Below are positions 1 through 12,004 of a stretch of DNA of 64,000 nt, piece by piece. This stretch comes from Callorhinchus milii (lineage: Eukaryota). Under the pieces are notes generated by a model. That model saw nothing but the letters and a program-made list of their open reading frames with translations. It was not told the origin of the DNA and did no database searches. The position numbers and the translations under genes were made by a program. The stretch lies in the NCBI RefSeq assembly GCF_018977255.1, contig NW_024704742.1:7132001-7196000 (forward strand). Direction: 5' to 3'. The stretch's first letter is position 1. Each line of letters opens with the position of its first letter.

Positions 1-50
1 GTTGCTAGCACTCTTACCTCTGGTTTAACCTCCATGTTCTGTAGAGTCTT

Positions 51-427
51 ATGGAGTCCTATAGCTCAGTGCTTAGAGCGCTCACCTCGCTAGCGAGAGA
101 CCTGGGTCCGATTCCTGGCAGGATGAAACGTTGGGCATGTTTCCTTACTCCACACACCTCTGTTTACCAAACAGTGAGTAGGAACCTGGTTGTTAGTCGA
201 TTGGTGGATTGCTTTTCTGGGGGTAATAATTCCTTAAAAATAATGATAATAATTTGGTCAATTCAATCCATGACTGTTTGTGGGACGCTGCTGTGCACAA
301 TTGGCTGCTGCGTTTCGCCCACAAAATATACAGTCAATTCACTTTACAGTATGTTCTGTGAAGCGCTTTGAGACGTCTCGAAGATGTGATAAGGTGCTAT
401 ATCAAATGCAAGGATTATTATTATAAT
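51..427 (+). mobile_element. Young tRNA(Ala)-headed SINE, long form, full length
   Basis: Head TGGAGTCCTATAGCTCAGTGCTTAGAGCGC..GGGTCCGATTCCTGGCAGG (A/B boxes), central CCTCTGTTTACC..GTTAGTCGATTGG module, Deu-like 3' part, tail GCTATATCAAATGCAAGG(ATT)n. Confidence 0.9.
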
Positions 428-439
428 GTCAAGGCTTTG

Positions 440-780
440 ATCTTATAATCTTGGCTGACACTCGACAATGTGCTGGATGTGCTACATTGTTTAGGTGGAC
501 ATCAATTAAAACTAACGTCCCATCTGCCTGTCCAGGTGGACGTTAAAGATCCAATGGCACTATTTCAAAAGATAAGGAAGCTTCTCAAGTGTCCTGCCCA
601 ACAACTTGCAATAAAATTTGTCATTCACTTCATGGCTGTTTTTGGAATACTGCTGTGTGCAAATTGGTTGCCACATTTGCCTTCAAAACACACAGTCACT
701 GCACTTTACAGTCTTGCCTGTGAAGTGCTTTGGTACTTCCTGCTGAAGTGAAAGGAACTGTACCTCATGTAAGGATTGTA
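440..780 (+). mobile_element. Older DeuSINE (SacSINE1/AmnSINE1-like) body and tail
   Basis: CTGCCTGTCCAGGTGGACGTTAAAGATCCAATGGCACTATT..GCTGTGTGCAAATTGG; its head remnant lies at 1-30, split off by the young SINE. Confidence 0.75.
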
Positions 781-889
781 CCTGTTGTGAACGAGCCACA
801 AGCACAAGCAAAATACCTTTTCTGCTTACGAAAGGGAATGGCTATGCAGAGGCATAGGTGTGCCTGCGCTTTTTGTAAAGGATTGGAGT

Positions 890-1150
890 GATAGACCAAT
901 ATTATTTGGGGGATTGTGGGCCAGAACAGCGGGAGAAACTCCTTTCTCCTTTCGAATAATGCCGTGGGAATTTTAACGTCCCCGGTTTAACGTCTCATCC
1001 AAAGGACGGTACCTCTGAAAAAACAAACCATGCCCAGGACTGGATTGGAGTGTCATTTTAGACTATGCAAATTCAATCGCGTCGTGGGGCTTGAACCCAA
1101 ACCTTCTGACTCAGAGGTAAGACTGCTACTCCTGAGCCAGCCCGACACAT
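890..1150 (-). mobile_element. Older DeuSINE, 5' half
   Basis: Reverse complement GTGTCGGGCTGGCTCAGGAGTAGCAGTCTTACCTCTGAGTCAGAAGGTTTGGGTTCAAGCCCCAC..GGATGAGACGTTAAACC. Confidence 0.75.
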
Positions 1151-1321
1151 CTAAGCCATACTGCTCAGAGGTGAAAGAACAGGAATGAAATATGTGCATG
1201 AACACTGCAATTTTGAGCCCATAATTTCCTGTTTATTTTTCTTTTGGGACTCTTCTCACAGATCTTGCCTGACCTGACTGAAAAGCCAATTAGGGAATAA
1301 ACTCCCAGACCTCTGACAGTG

Positions 1322-1691
1322 CAATAATAATAATCCTTGCATTTGATATAGCGCCTTATCACATCTTGGAGACGTCTCAAAGCGCTTCACAGAAGATACT
1401 GTAAAGTGAATTGACTGTATATTTTGTGGACTAAACACGGCAGCCAATTGCGCACAGCAGCGTCCCCACAAACAGTCGTGAATTGAAGTGACCAATTTAT
1501 CATTTTTTTTAAAGAATTATTATCCCCAGAAACGTGATCTGCCAAACGACTAACAACTGGATTTCTGCTTACTGTTGGGTAAACAGAGGTGTGTGGAGTA
1601 TGGAAACCTGCCCAACGTTTTGTCCTGCCGGGAATCGAACCCAGGTCTCTCGCTTGCGAGGCAAGTGTTCTAACCATTGAGCTGCAGGACA
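1322..1691 (-). mobile_element. Young tRNA(Ala)-headed SINE, long form, full length
   Basis: Reverse complement of the 51-427 element, with head, central module and (ATT)n tail. Confidence 0.9.
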
Positions 1692-2077
1692 TCTGTTCTA
1701 ATACCAGACTCTAGTTGTTTTGAGAGTTTCCCCAGAGGGATTCTCCCTCAGGTTCTCAGGAAGTATCTCACTTGGAGACTCCCCTCACAGTGTGTGCATC
1801 AGTGGTGTGGCTCACATCAGCGGTGTGCGACATTGCTGTGCAAATTAGCGGCTGCGTTCGTCTGCAAAACGCACAGTCACTACACCTTATAGTAAAATCT
1901 GTGAACGCTCGTTGAGACATCCTCCCGACATGAAAGACACTTATATCAAATGCAAGAATTCTTATTGTTCTTAATAACACACCATGTAGTAAATCAAGGA
2001 ACACATAAATCTAAATTCTGCCACTCCATAATGCTTCCCCCCATTACACCCCAGCACCAGCCTCAGCTATACACTGA

Positions 2078-2530
2078 TGTTTGTTTTAGTCAGTTGGGTA
2101 TCTGACAGATGTGGAAACCCATCAACACGTTTAAGAATATCCAAACCAAACTGAGAATTAAATGCATCCCACCTACACATGGAAATTGACAAGATATTTA
2201 TTGGGACGGAAGGCACACTCTCTCCCTCGCGGGACACATCCTGCTTACCCAATTCCGGAAAGTGTTCGGCGCAGGTTGGCAAAAGCCAAGGCTTGGGGAC
2301 CCCAGAGTGTGCGTTGGGGTAACTGCTGGAGTCTAACCAGCTAAAACCAATAGCTTGCCATTGATATTGCTGTCTGGCAAGCTTTCCCGCTGCTTGTCCA
2401 GCTGGGACCACCCAACCTGTTAGGGCTTTGGCTTGCAGGGTTAATAGGAGCCGAGTGGGTTGACTCCCTGCCTCCAGTGACTGGTCTGCCCTTCCAGGTC
2501 CTGCCGATGAGCCAGGCTGGGCTGTGCTAT
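2078..2530 (-). mobile_element. Unassigned interspersed repeat 'family X' (probable SINE-like retroposon)
   Basis: Homologous to 5547, 28061, 41930, 48828, 51225 and 53655; ends in a GTCAG-N8-CTGAC hairpin plus A-rich tail. Confidence 0.8.
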
Positions 2531-3009
2531 ACAATGACTGAACACCAGCCTCAAGCTCTACAGAACATGCAACAATATGGATGGATCAAACTGGCTCACA
2601 CCATAAATATAGACTGTAGCATTTTGAGCAGCACTAAACAGAGAGAAAGCTCGAGGACAGCATTAGGGTGCTGATTTATACTGTTGTAAACATAACAAAT
2701 GAAGAAATAAGCTGGTGGAATTAAAAGGAAATCACTGCCGAGATTCATTTCACCCTAGTTAAAGGCCTGTTCAATACTATATCTGGGTTGATCTTAATAT
2801 TCTGATTAAAGAACTTCATTTACTTATTATAAATTATGACTGTGACTCAGCCTGTCCTCATTAATTCATGGCTTTCGATAAAGCGTTGGTGCAGAATCAC
2901 CCAGTCAGCAATGAAAGACTGCAGTGCCTGGAATGAGAATTAAGCGGATGAAAAGACTTGAGGTAAATAACTATCAGATCAGTAATTTAACCTCTTTAGT
3001 TCACATTAA

Positions 3010-3150
3010 TAAGAACATTGCATAGGACGTTACAGCACGGAAACAGCCCATTCGACCCAACTGGTCCATGTCTGTGTTTATATTTCATCTCAATCTCCAC
3101 CCTCCTTAATACTTTCTGCTATACCTCTCTATCCTCTTTTCCCTTATTTT
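3010..3150 (-). mobile_element. CR1-type 3' tail fragment
   Basis: CATAGGACGTTACAGCACGGAAACAGCCCATTCGACCCAACTGGTCCATG resembles the reverse complement of a CR1 3' UTR. Confidence 0.55.
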
Positions 3151-3819
3151 TTGCCTACAAAATACACAGTCTTGGCTCTTTACAGTATATCCCTTGAAGC
3201 GCTTTGAGACATCCTCCTGACATGAAAGACACTATAACAGATGAAAGGATTGTTATTATTTATGTATCATGTTTCCGCTTAGATGCGTTGTAGCTTTCTA
3301 TCTCAACCGCAGCTTCCCTCAGTGAGTGAGAAGAAAAATAGTTTGTACTTAACCATTTAAAACCTTTTGTTTTGGAAAGAAAGGTGGAATCCACTTGAAG
3401 CAGAGATGATGCTCTTATAGAACTGCTTATCAGGGGGCGCCTGTTAATTAAGATGTGCTGGTGAAACGTGTCTCACTTATCAGATTCTTCTTGTTAAGCA
3501 AAATCGATTGCCGTTGAATTAATGAGGAAGTGAAGTCCTCTGGAGTACTAATTTGCTTTGCTACATTGCTCTCTCTTCTTTCCATTGAATTACCACAAAG
3601 CTTTCGTCAGCCTTTTCCTACTCCTGCCTTCACAGGGCTGTGGACTCCCTTCATTGTTATTTCGGTTGCCTTGGGATACGTGCCAAGAATGGGTAAAAGA
3701 TACCATTGAGACATGCAGTTCCTGGGTAAACCGATGAAGGCGACATGGTTGTGGATGCTGAAATGGCCCCGTGACACAGAGCAAAACATTTATAAGTGCA
3801 TTGATGGAGTTGCTTGCTG

Positions 3820-4122
3820 CCCATTCCACTATCCGTTGCCTCCGCTCGACTGGCTCCGATGTGCCCCCCCCCCCCCCGTTCCACCTTCAGTGGCCGTGCT
3901 TTTAGCCACTACGTCCCGATACTCTGGAACACCCTCCCTCAATCCCTCCGCCTTGCCCCTTCCTTCCCCATCTTCAGGTCGTGCCAAGAAGCGCTTCCTC
4001 TTCAACTGTGCTTATAGTCACCTTCCCACTTCCTCTGGCTCGGTGTTGTGCTCCGCCACTGAGCTCTGGGTCACTACCCTGAGTGAGGGACGCTGTATAA
4101 ATGCAAGTTGTTGTTGTTGCTA
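3820..4122 (+). mobile_element. L2 LINE 3' fragment
   Basis: Translates to ..STFSGRAFSHYVPILWNTLPQSLRLAPS..; tail TATAAATGCAAG(TTG)n. Confidence 0.8.
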
Positions 4123-4434
4123 CTGTCGTTCAGGTGAGATTTTAAACCGAGGTCATGGCTGCCTGTTCAGGTTGGATGTTAAAATTCCCACGGCACTCTT
4201 AAAAAACAGAAGGAAAATGTTTACGGGGTTTTCATCTTAAACCATTTTGTAGGATTTACTGTAAAATGTAGTAACTGTGTTTTTTGTAGGCAAACTCTGC
4301 AGCCAATTAGCCTACAGTAAATTCCCACAATCAGTGAAAAGCTTCACTCCACCATTTATGATAGGCCGTAGTCACACAAGCCTTGAAGAGAGGACAGAGT
4401 GAAATTTGTGCATTTCACAATGTGAATATGTTAT

Positions 4435-4740
4435 GTATTTCACCCACAAATATACAGTCAATTCACCTTCCAGTCTGTTCTGTGAAGCGCTTTGAGATGT
4501 TTAGAAGACGTGAAAAGCGCTATATCAAATGCAAGGATTATTATTAATCCCTCCAAAACCAAAAACAATAATAAATTGGTCATTTTCAATCCACGACTGT
4601 TTGTGACATTGCTGTCGCAATTGGCTTCCGCGTTGGCCCACAAATATACAGTCAATTCACTTTAACAGTGTGTTCTGTGAAGCGCTTTGGGACGTCCTCC
4701 CGACGTGAAAGCGCTATATCAATTCGCATTTATAATTATC
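4435..4740 (+). mobile_element. Two tandem young-SINE 3' parts (second is short form)
   Basis: Two consecutive CACAAATATACAGTCAATTCAC..GTGAAGCGCTTT..GCTATATC units. Confidence 0.85.
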
Positions 4741-5027
4741 ACATTACATGGACTGTGAAACCCCACAAATTGCTCTATTCTGGTTCTTAATGCAAGTTGT
4801 TTTTTGCTAATGTCTTTGTGCAACAACAAACAACAAATTACATTTAAATACAGGAGGACTTGAAACTTCTCTGATCTCCTTTCTATACAGTCTCTACTGT
4901 TGTTTCTCTCCTAATTCCTTGAACCCAATTTGACCATCTCTCTCTCTCTCTCCAATTGCCTGCACATATTTCCTATTCTTAGCTTTAAGGTCGTTGCCAT
5001 AAAATTTGAAATCATGCAGAATTTTCG

Positions 5028-5133
5028 AGAACGATTTTCAATTCAGTCTTAATTTGAAGCTGTTTTTCCACAGTACCCGTAAAGAACTGTGGAAAATGAG
5101 CTTCCAAATGAGCTCTTAATTAAAACTCTCTCT
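5028..5133. repeat. Long imperfect inverted repeat (hairpin)
   Basis: ATTTGAAGCTGTTTTTCCACAGT (5052-5074), 11-nt loop, ACTGTGGAAAATGAGCTTCCAAAT (5086-5109), with weaker outer pairing. Confidence 0.8.
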
Positions 5134-5546
5134 CTAATAACTGGTCATTCACTTCAAAGCTGTTTGCAAGTCGTTTTGTGCACAAATTGGCTACTGTGTT
5201 CACCTACAGAATGCACAGTCATACCACTTTACAGTAAATCCTGTAAAGTGCTCAAATGATTCTGCAGTCTGCTGTCAGATGAAGCTAAGAACATGAGAAA
5301 TTTGGGGCAGCAGAATTTCTACATTATGCTTCCTCGCTTATGAATTGTCCATTGAGTTTGAATCTCCTAAAATAATCCTTGCATTTGAAATTTTGAGGTC
5401 TCCAATCTACCTTTAAAAGGAAGTTTTTACAAAGCGTGTTTATAAAAAATAGCTGACCTTTTAAATTGCTGTTCCATAATTTTTTTAAAAATATACAATT
5501 TCTAATCTAATGTAAGTCATCTGTGAGCCAAAGTACTTTCAGATAG

Positions 5547-5850
5547 AATGGCCCTAGCAGGACTATCGGTGGGTAAGCTTGCTAGACAGTATTCTCATTG
5601 ACAAGCTTATGTGATTTTAGCTGGTTAAACTCAAATATTACCCCAGCGCAGACTCTGGTAGACTTCAAGCCTTGGTTCTCATGGAATCTGCATCCAATAC
5701 TCTCCAGAAATCTGTGCGTCCCTCTTGGGTGAGAGTGCGCATTCCATTCCAGACACGAAAATGTGCATGTGTTAGCGGCGAACATGTGTGGAACTCTGAG
5801 CTGGGTTTGGATACTTTTAAGCATGGTAAAAGGTTTTCGCACAAGTCAGA
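5547..5850 (+). mobile_element. Family X copy, diverged, 5' truncated
   Basis: TTTTAGCTGGTTAAACTC..CAAGCCTTGG..GGGTTTGGATACTTTTAAGCATGG..GTCAGA. Confidence 0.7.
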
Positions 5851-5989
5851 GGACCTGGAGGACATCTCAGAGTGCTTCACATCGGTTGCTGGATGCTGAA
5901 GAGGGTGAGGTGCTTATTGCCAGATAGGGCGAGACGTTCATTAGAAAGATTTACTTTTTATACAGATGAATTTCCATATCTTAAAATTA

Positions 5990-6160
5990 TTGACCTTGGC
6001 TTGATATCTCATCCAAAGGATGGCAGCTCAAACAATGCTGCACAAACCCAGCAATGTACTGGAGTGTCAGCTTAGACTATCAGAGATCTAGTTCCAATGT
6101 TGGGCTTGAATCTTCTGACTCAGAGAGGTAAGAGTGTTACCAATGAGCACGTTTGACCAA
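5990..6160 (-). mobile_element. Older DeuSINE 5' fragment
   Basis: TCTCATCCAAAGGATGGCA..GGAGTGTCAGCTTAGACTA..TTCTGACTCAGAG. Confidence 0.65.
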
Positions 6161-6308
6161 CCCAGATAATTTACAAAAGCTTTAGGAGTCTCCAGTAATT
6201 TGTTTCAGAGCATTTTTTTTTATCAATGAGAGAAACAGAGGGAGCCTGGTGTTCAATGAAGCATTTTCCTTTTCTCTTTTCCAATGTATACGTAAGAAAT
6301 ACGAACTT

Positions 6309-6828
6309 AATAATCATTGCATTTGATATAGCACCTTATCAGGTAGTTGAGACGTCTCAAAGCGCTTCACAGAATATACTGTATTATTGTGGGCAAAACT
6401 TGGCAGTCACTTGCAAAGATCAGACTCCCACAAACAGTCGTGGATTGATGGAAAAAACTATTTATTTATTCCATCTGTCCATCCATGTATCTGTGTGTCC
6501 ATGTTCATGCAACCCTAACCCGTATGTATGTATGTATGTATGTATGTATGTATGTATGTATGTATGTATGTATGTATGTATGTATGTATGTATGTATGTA
6601 TGTATGTATGTATGTATGTATGTATGTATGTATGTATGTATGTATGTATGTGTGTATGTGTGTATGTGTATGCGTGTATGCGTGTATGCATTTGTTTGTT
6701 TGTTTGTTGTTTGAAGGGATTATAACCCCCAGAAAAGCGATTTGCCAATCTACCAACAACCGGGTTCCTATTTGCTGTGCTTTCGCTTGCGAGGCGAGTG
6801 CTCTAACCAACACGCTACATGACTCCAC
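6309..6828 (-). mobile_element. Young SINE split by an internal microsatellite
   Basis: Tail at 6309-6450, central module and head at 6710-6828. Confidence 0.8.
6522..6712. repeat. (GTAT)n microsatellite grading into (GT)n and (TTTG)n
   Basis: Pure GTAT run at about 6522-6650. Confidence 0.98.
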
Positions 6829-7321
6829 AACTTATCTGAAATCTATATAAAAAAACGTGGGGGAAGAAGAAAACTATAAGAACATCAATTATATAGCACC
6901 CTTCTGCAGGATAGCGTCTCGGAGCACTGCGCATATATGAGATAATACATTTAAGGTGCGTGCAGTTTACTGAACGTTTACTAATTGGCTTGTTGACCTG
7001 GGCTTGTCTGAGAGGTCTGCAGACCTGAATGATAAAAGCACCACTTTTGATGCTTGGAGCTGCTGCCTTGTCAGCGAGTAGGTTGATGGAAATGCTGTCC
7101 TGATCAGCTCAGAGCCACACCTGTCTAAAGTGACTCTCAAGTCTCTTGTGATCCAACAACAACTTGAATTTGTATAGCGCCCTTCACGCCGGACAGCACC
7201 TCAGTGCGCTTAGTACTAAATATGACTGAAAATAAAATCATAGACAGAAAACAAGCAAAGGCGTCTGCGACAGACTGACATCGACAGACTGCTGGTGGTG
7301 AGACTTGCTGTTGTGTGTGTG

Positions 7322-7720
7322 TGTCAGTCAGTCTGGCTCAGTTGCTTGCTAACACTTTCACCTCCGAATCAGAAGGCTGCGGTTCAAGACGCACATTGGG
7401 ATTTTCAACCGACGTAGTCTAAGCTGACGTTCCAATGCAGTACTGGGGATTTTCTGCATTGTTGGAGGTGCCGTCCTTTGGATAAGATGTTAAACCAAAG
7501 TCCCGACTGCCTGTTCAAATGGACGTTAAAGAACCCATAATAATAATAATCCTTGCATTTGATATAGCACCTTATCACGTCTTTGAGAAGTCTCAAAGCG
7601 CTTCACAGAATATAGTGGAAAGTGAACAATCCTACAAATAAAACTGGTCAGTCCCTCCATGGTTGTTTGTGGGACATCACTGTGCAGAATTTGGCTGTCC
7701 GCATTTGCGCTCAAAATGCA
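7322..7720 (+). mobile_element. Older DeuSINE interrupted by an antisense young-SINE tail (7537-7627)
   Basis: GTCAGTCTGGCTCAGTTG..GGACGTTAAAGAACCC, then an inserted ATAATAATCCTTGCATTTG.., then resumes CAATCCTACAAATAAAACTGGTCA. Confidence 0.75.
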
Positions 7721-8999
7721 CATGGAAAGATTCAAACTCAAACCAGGCCCTACTGCCTTAAGCACTTCCTACCAGTTAACATTAAGTGACTTAAAGTTAA
7801 AAACTTCTCGTGAATCGTGCTGTTATCAATTAGTTCTCATTCTGTGGCTGCGCGTTCCTTGGCACGTGGCATTGAGTTAATTATTTGCTTTACAACTGAT
7901 TTCTCCCCTTCAGCGGTTGTTGGGAAATGTTAATGAGTTTTGCTTACTCTGGATTTTGAAGGATTTGTTAGAAGTTCTTTCTCAGTCTGCTGGTTCAAAC
8001 GCTCTTAATTTGGTAAGGGCAGTCGATGAAACAGATGCTGTGTCAATTATTTATGGAGCATTATTAATTCATATGTGAGTCTAATTTGACTGGTTTCATA
8101 AGATCCATACCTTCTCATGTACCTCACACATGGCAAGCAGCCAGAAAAATGACCTGCGCAATTCCAGGATATTCACACAGTGTCTACCATGATCAGTTTA
8201 ATGTTCACGAGACAATCAGACACGTTTAGCCATCTGATAAAGACAGTAAAAACTGAACTTGTACATCAGAACAACAGATTGATTGACATCTAAAAGACAC
8301 AGGTCTTTTTCTCAGTTGCTGATCCATTGATCCTGGATTTCTAGCACTCACGTGTTTATTTTTCTATTATGTCTACTGTCAGTAGCAAACTTCACTTTTC
8401 CTCTTTGTCAATTCTTTGTCTATTGCAAAGCAGCATCATAAAGTAGGTGCACTCCAGTTGAGGGTTAACCACACATGAAATCTCCTGATTACAAGACATA
8501 ATGTGATTTAATCTGCTCCGCGCAGTGTATTCATTGATGAGGGACAAACCGCTACTCTGTTCTTGTCAATTATCTAAAATTGTCTCTCTGTGCAACTATG
8601 AATAACTCTAATGCAATTTGAGATGAAAAATCATATGAAATTAATGATGGAAAATTTAATTATCTTTCAAAATGATACTTTTGAAATTGGATTGCAGCTA
8701 TTTACAAGACCACAGAAACAAATCTCACAAAATTACAGGAGGGCACTTGGGCCCCATCTGCCAAAGCTCGACATGAACCCCCCCCTCTGTGAAGCATTTA
8801 CCTGCCCTCGCCACATGCCAGGCTGCTGCTCATTCAAACAACTGAAAGCAGATGGAAAAAGAACCAAACAAAGCTTTGGAAAAGGAAAGCGGCGAAAGAT
8901 AAAATCATAGGTAAACCCGAACCAAGGACCGACACAGAACAGAGAAGCGTGGGTATACGGGGGGAAAAAACAAGAGGCAAGGGATTAAAGGATTAAAGA

Positions 9000-9190
9000 T
9001 TAATTCAAAGGTCAATGGTATTCATATCCTAACGCATTCGTGGAGCAGAAGATTAATGGAGGTCAGTCACACTGAATCAAGGTGTGAAAGAGTTTAGGTG
9101 AGTTCAGGCTAATTTTTTGTGAATTGAGACTTCTTAATCCAGAATCACCTATACTATTACGAAGGATAAGTTAGTGGCAATCAGAGGAAG
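9000..9190 (+). mobile_element. Possible degraded CR1 ORF2 fragment (endonuclease end)
   Basis: Weak resemblance to the GDFN.P.I.W...F...VQ.NFL region; heavily decayed. Confidence 0.3.
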
Positions 9191-9397
9191 CAATAGATTT
9201 CAGTGTATACAAGTACTGTGTATATTAAATGGTGTTACGTGGTAAAGTGTTGCCCAGCAGGTAGACTATGCTGCAGCTCACACATTGGGGTCGAAAAAGC
9301 ACTTGAGCCTCATAAATGCAGCTTGTGAGATGAAGTGAGTTTCTGCAGGAAATCGTCTGATTGTCACGCTTGTCTAACAAGCCCTCAGCTCCAACAA

Positions 9398-9537
9398 ATA
9401 ATAAATAATCCTTGCATTTGATATAGCGCTTTTCACGTCTTTGAGGCGTCTCGAAGCCCTTCACAGAGTATACTGAATCGACCGTATATTTGCGGGCGAA
9501 ACTCGGCAGCCAATTGCGCACAGCAATGTCCCACCAC
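9398..9537 (-). mobile_element. Young SINE 3' fragment
   Basis: ATAATCCTTGCATTTGATATAGCGC..CCAATTGCGCACAGCAATGTCCCAC. Confidence 0.85.
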
Positions 9538-9629
9538 TTTGGCAGCTGGTGACACTGTTCAAGCATTCTTCAACTCCATTTTGCTGATACCCATTTTTAT
9601 TTCCTTATGTTGTATGTTTACGTTGTGTG

Positions 9630-9895
9630 ATCCACCGCAATCATTTTCTCTTCTCCAAAGGTTTCTCCTCTCGCCCCCACACGGTCACTTGTGGCGTACC
9701 CCAAGGCTCTATTCTCGGCTCTCTCCCTTTTCTCATTTACATGCTCCTCTTAGTGATATCATCCGCAGAAAGCGGATGACACCCGAATCTATTTTTGCTC
9801 CTCTAGCTTTGCCCGCAGGACCACTGATGATCTCTCTGCTTGCTTGTCTGACGTCAAGGCCTGGATGAGCGGTAACTTTCTGCCTCTGAATATGG
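9630..9895 (+). mobile_element. L2 reverse-transcriptase fragment (decayed)
   Basis: ACTTGTGGCGTACCCCAAGGCTCTATTCTCGGC encodes TCGVPQGSILG, the non-LTR RT motif; later CLSDV.AWMSGNFLPLN. Confidence 0.8.
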
Positions 9896-10084
9896 ATGGA
9901 ATTCCCTTAATTTTCTTTCTTCGGAGGAAGAACTTGAACTTCACTCTTGATCAGTGTTTACATAGACTTTCGTGGTAGATTTACTCATCATGTTGATGCT
10001 GGAAACATCAAATTCTATGGGAATACCTTGCCTAGACTGTTGACTTTGTGAGAAACCTGCACTGAATTGTGAGATTAAGCACGT

Positions 10085-10277
10085 ACTTCATTACAATGTG
10101 TGTATGACAGAGATGGTGAGATAGAGGGCAAGTGAAATTGAACATTCATCTCATCATTACAATGTGTTTGAGAGAGACGGAGAAATTAAATACATTTGCT
10201 TTATCATTACAATGTGTTTGAGAGAGAGAGAGAGAGATATTAAACACATATGCCTTATCTTCACAATGTGTTTGGTA
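10085..10277. repeat. Minisatellite, 4 anchors of TCATTACAATGTGT separated by variable GA runs
   Basis: Anchors near 10088, 10154, 10204 and 10258. Confidence 0.85.
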
Positions 10278-10543
10278 TTTCGTACTGGGTGAGAATGTTA
10301 CTATGGTAGCAAAGAGACTGAGAGAAAAAAGTTTGGTGTTTGCAGAGCCCAAAACCCACAAGATTGCTTTCATGTTAAAAAAAATAAGATTTAGGTAGCT
10401 TTAGAGCACAGTATCGAGGAATGTTACATCACCAATGTCTGGCACCAATATGTTCCGTCTCCTACTGCCCCTTCAATGTCTTTGTGGCATGTAGTGTGAA
10501 GCCAACAGCTGTGAGCAATATCAATATTGTTATACCCTCAGCT

Positions 10544-10885
10544 ATAATAATAATCCTTGCATTTGATATAGCAGTTTTCACGTCGGAAGGACGTCCCAAA
10601 GCGCTTCACAGAACACACTGTAAAGTGAATTGACTGTATATTTGTGGGCGAACGCGGCAGCCAATTGCGCACAGCAATGAAATTGAAGGCAACACAATGC
10701 AACAGAGAATTGTTCTGTACCTTGAGAAGTGAATATAAGCAGCAATGCCCAATATGCTTGGCAAAACCTATAATAATAATCCTTGCATTTGAAATAGCGC
10801 CTTATCATGTCTTTGAGACGTTTCAAAGCACTTCACAGAATATACTGTAAAGTGAATTGACTGTATGTTTTGTGGGCGAAAAACA
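10544..10885 (-). mobile_element. Two young-SINE 3' fragments (10544-10680 and 10770-10885)
   Basis: Each begins TATAATAATAATCCTTGCATTTGA. Confidence 0.85.
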
Positions 10886-11221
10886 TGGTAAAGATTGGCA
10901 GAATTATCTTAATGAGTAGCTTAATAATTAGAAATCAATAACATTTCTTGAATTTGCTTGGAGGAAGATATTTCTCTTTAACATTGCTCTTTATTAAAGC
11001 CTTTTTCACACCAATGTTTTCATCTTTTTTCCTTAGCAACTCCTTTTCTTCTCTCCTCCAAACCTGAAATAACTTGGCTCCTTTCTGTTTCTACTAGGTA
11101 CAACTTCACAGGCATAAGTCACTCTCCAATACCTCACCCAACTGGCCAATATTTATATACAGCAAGTGTTCCAAATTGCTCAACCGTAAAGGGGCTTGAT
11201 GCTGAGATCGTTCCTATCTTA

Positions 11222-11585
11222 ATAATAATAATAAACCTTGCATTTGAAATGGCGCCTTATCACGTGGTTGAGACGTCTCAAAGCGCTTCACAGAATGTAC
11301 TGCAAAGTGTAGTGTCTGTGAGTTTTGTGGGCGAAATGTGGCAGGTAATTAATAATAATTATTTGATATATTGCCATTCACATGAGAAGGGTATCTCAAA
11401 GAGCTGCACAGGATTGACTGTAAAGTGTAGTGACTGCACATTTTCCAGGCGAAACACAGTAACGAATTTGCACACAGCAACGTCCCACAAAAAGTGGTGG
11501 AGTGAGTGACTAATTCTATTTGGCCAGCAGACCAGGAGAAACTCCCTTCTCTGCTCGAATAGTTCCATGGGATCTTAACCTGGCA
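11222..11585 (-). mobile_element. SINE tail (11222-11345) plus older DeuSINE 3' half (11350-11585)
   Basis: Tail motif, and GAAACTCCCTTCTC..GAATAGTTCCATGGGATCTT. Confidence 0.7.
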
Positions 11586-12004
11586 ATCACACATGCCATG
11601 TCCACAAATGTCACACCCTAACAAGATAGTGAGTGATCAGGAAGCTTGATATTCCTCTCCCTAACCCAGGAAACCAAGGCCAATTGTAACATTCTTACAT
11701 CACGATAGCTGAGATGAGTTAACCCAGCTCAGATTGAGTTGGTTACACTTACTCAGCCTTTGAAGCATCTGGCTTTAAAGCTCTAGCAAAAAAAAATTGT
11801 TGCATGCAGAATTTCAACCAACGTGAGCCAAATTGAACTCACTCAGAGCAGCTGTATTGATAAAGGAGTCAACCTGGACTGTGTATCAGATAACAATCTG
11901 AGGAATCTCTTCTTCAGAAGAATAGGAAAAGCGTTCCAAAGAAGCAGTCGTCAAACTACTGGAGAAATGGAGCCAAATTTTCAAATTAGTATCATGCAAT
12001 GGGT

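Noticed and set aside
2430..2444. TTAACCCTG/CAGGGTTAA as a piggyBac terminus of family X
   Set aside because: Homology between copies continues past TTAA (2444-2520 versus 53655-53697), and the other end has no matching TIR.
2067..2534. 155-aa ORF over family X
   Set aside because: The frame is not preserved in other copies and has no recognisable domain.
6226..6850. Long ORFs with MYVC/HTYI repeats
   Set aside because: These are translations of the (GTAT)n microsatellite.
10085..10277. CRISPR-like repeat-spacer pattern
   Set aside because: Eukaryotic context, homologous spacers and no cas genes.
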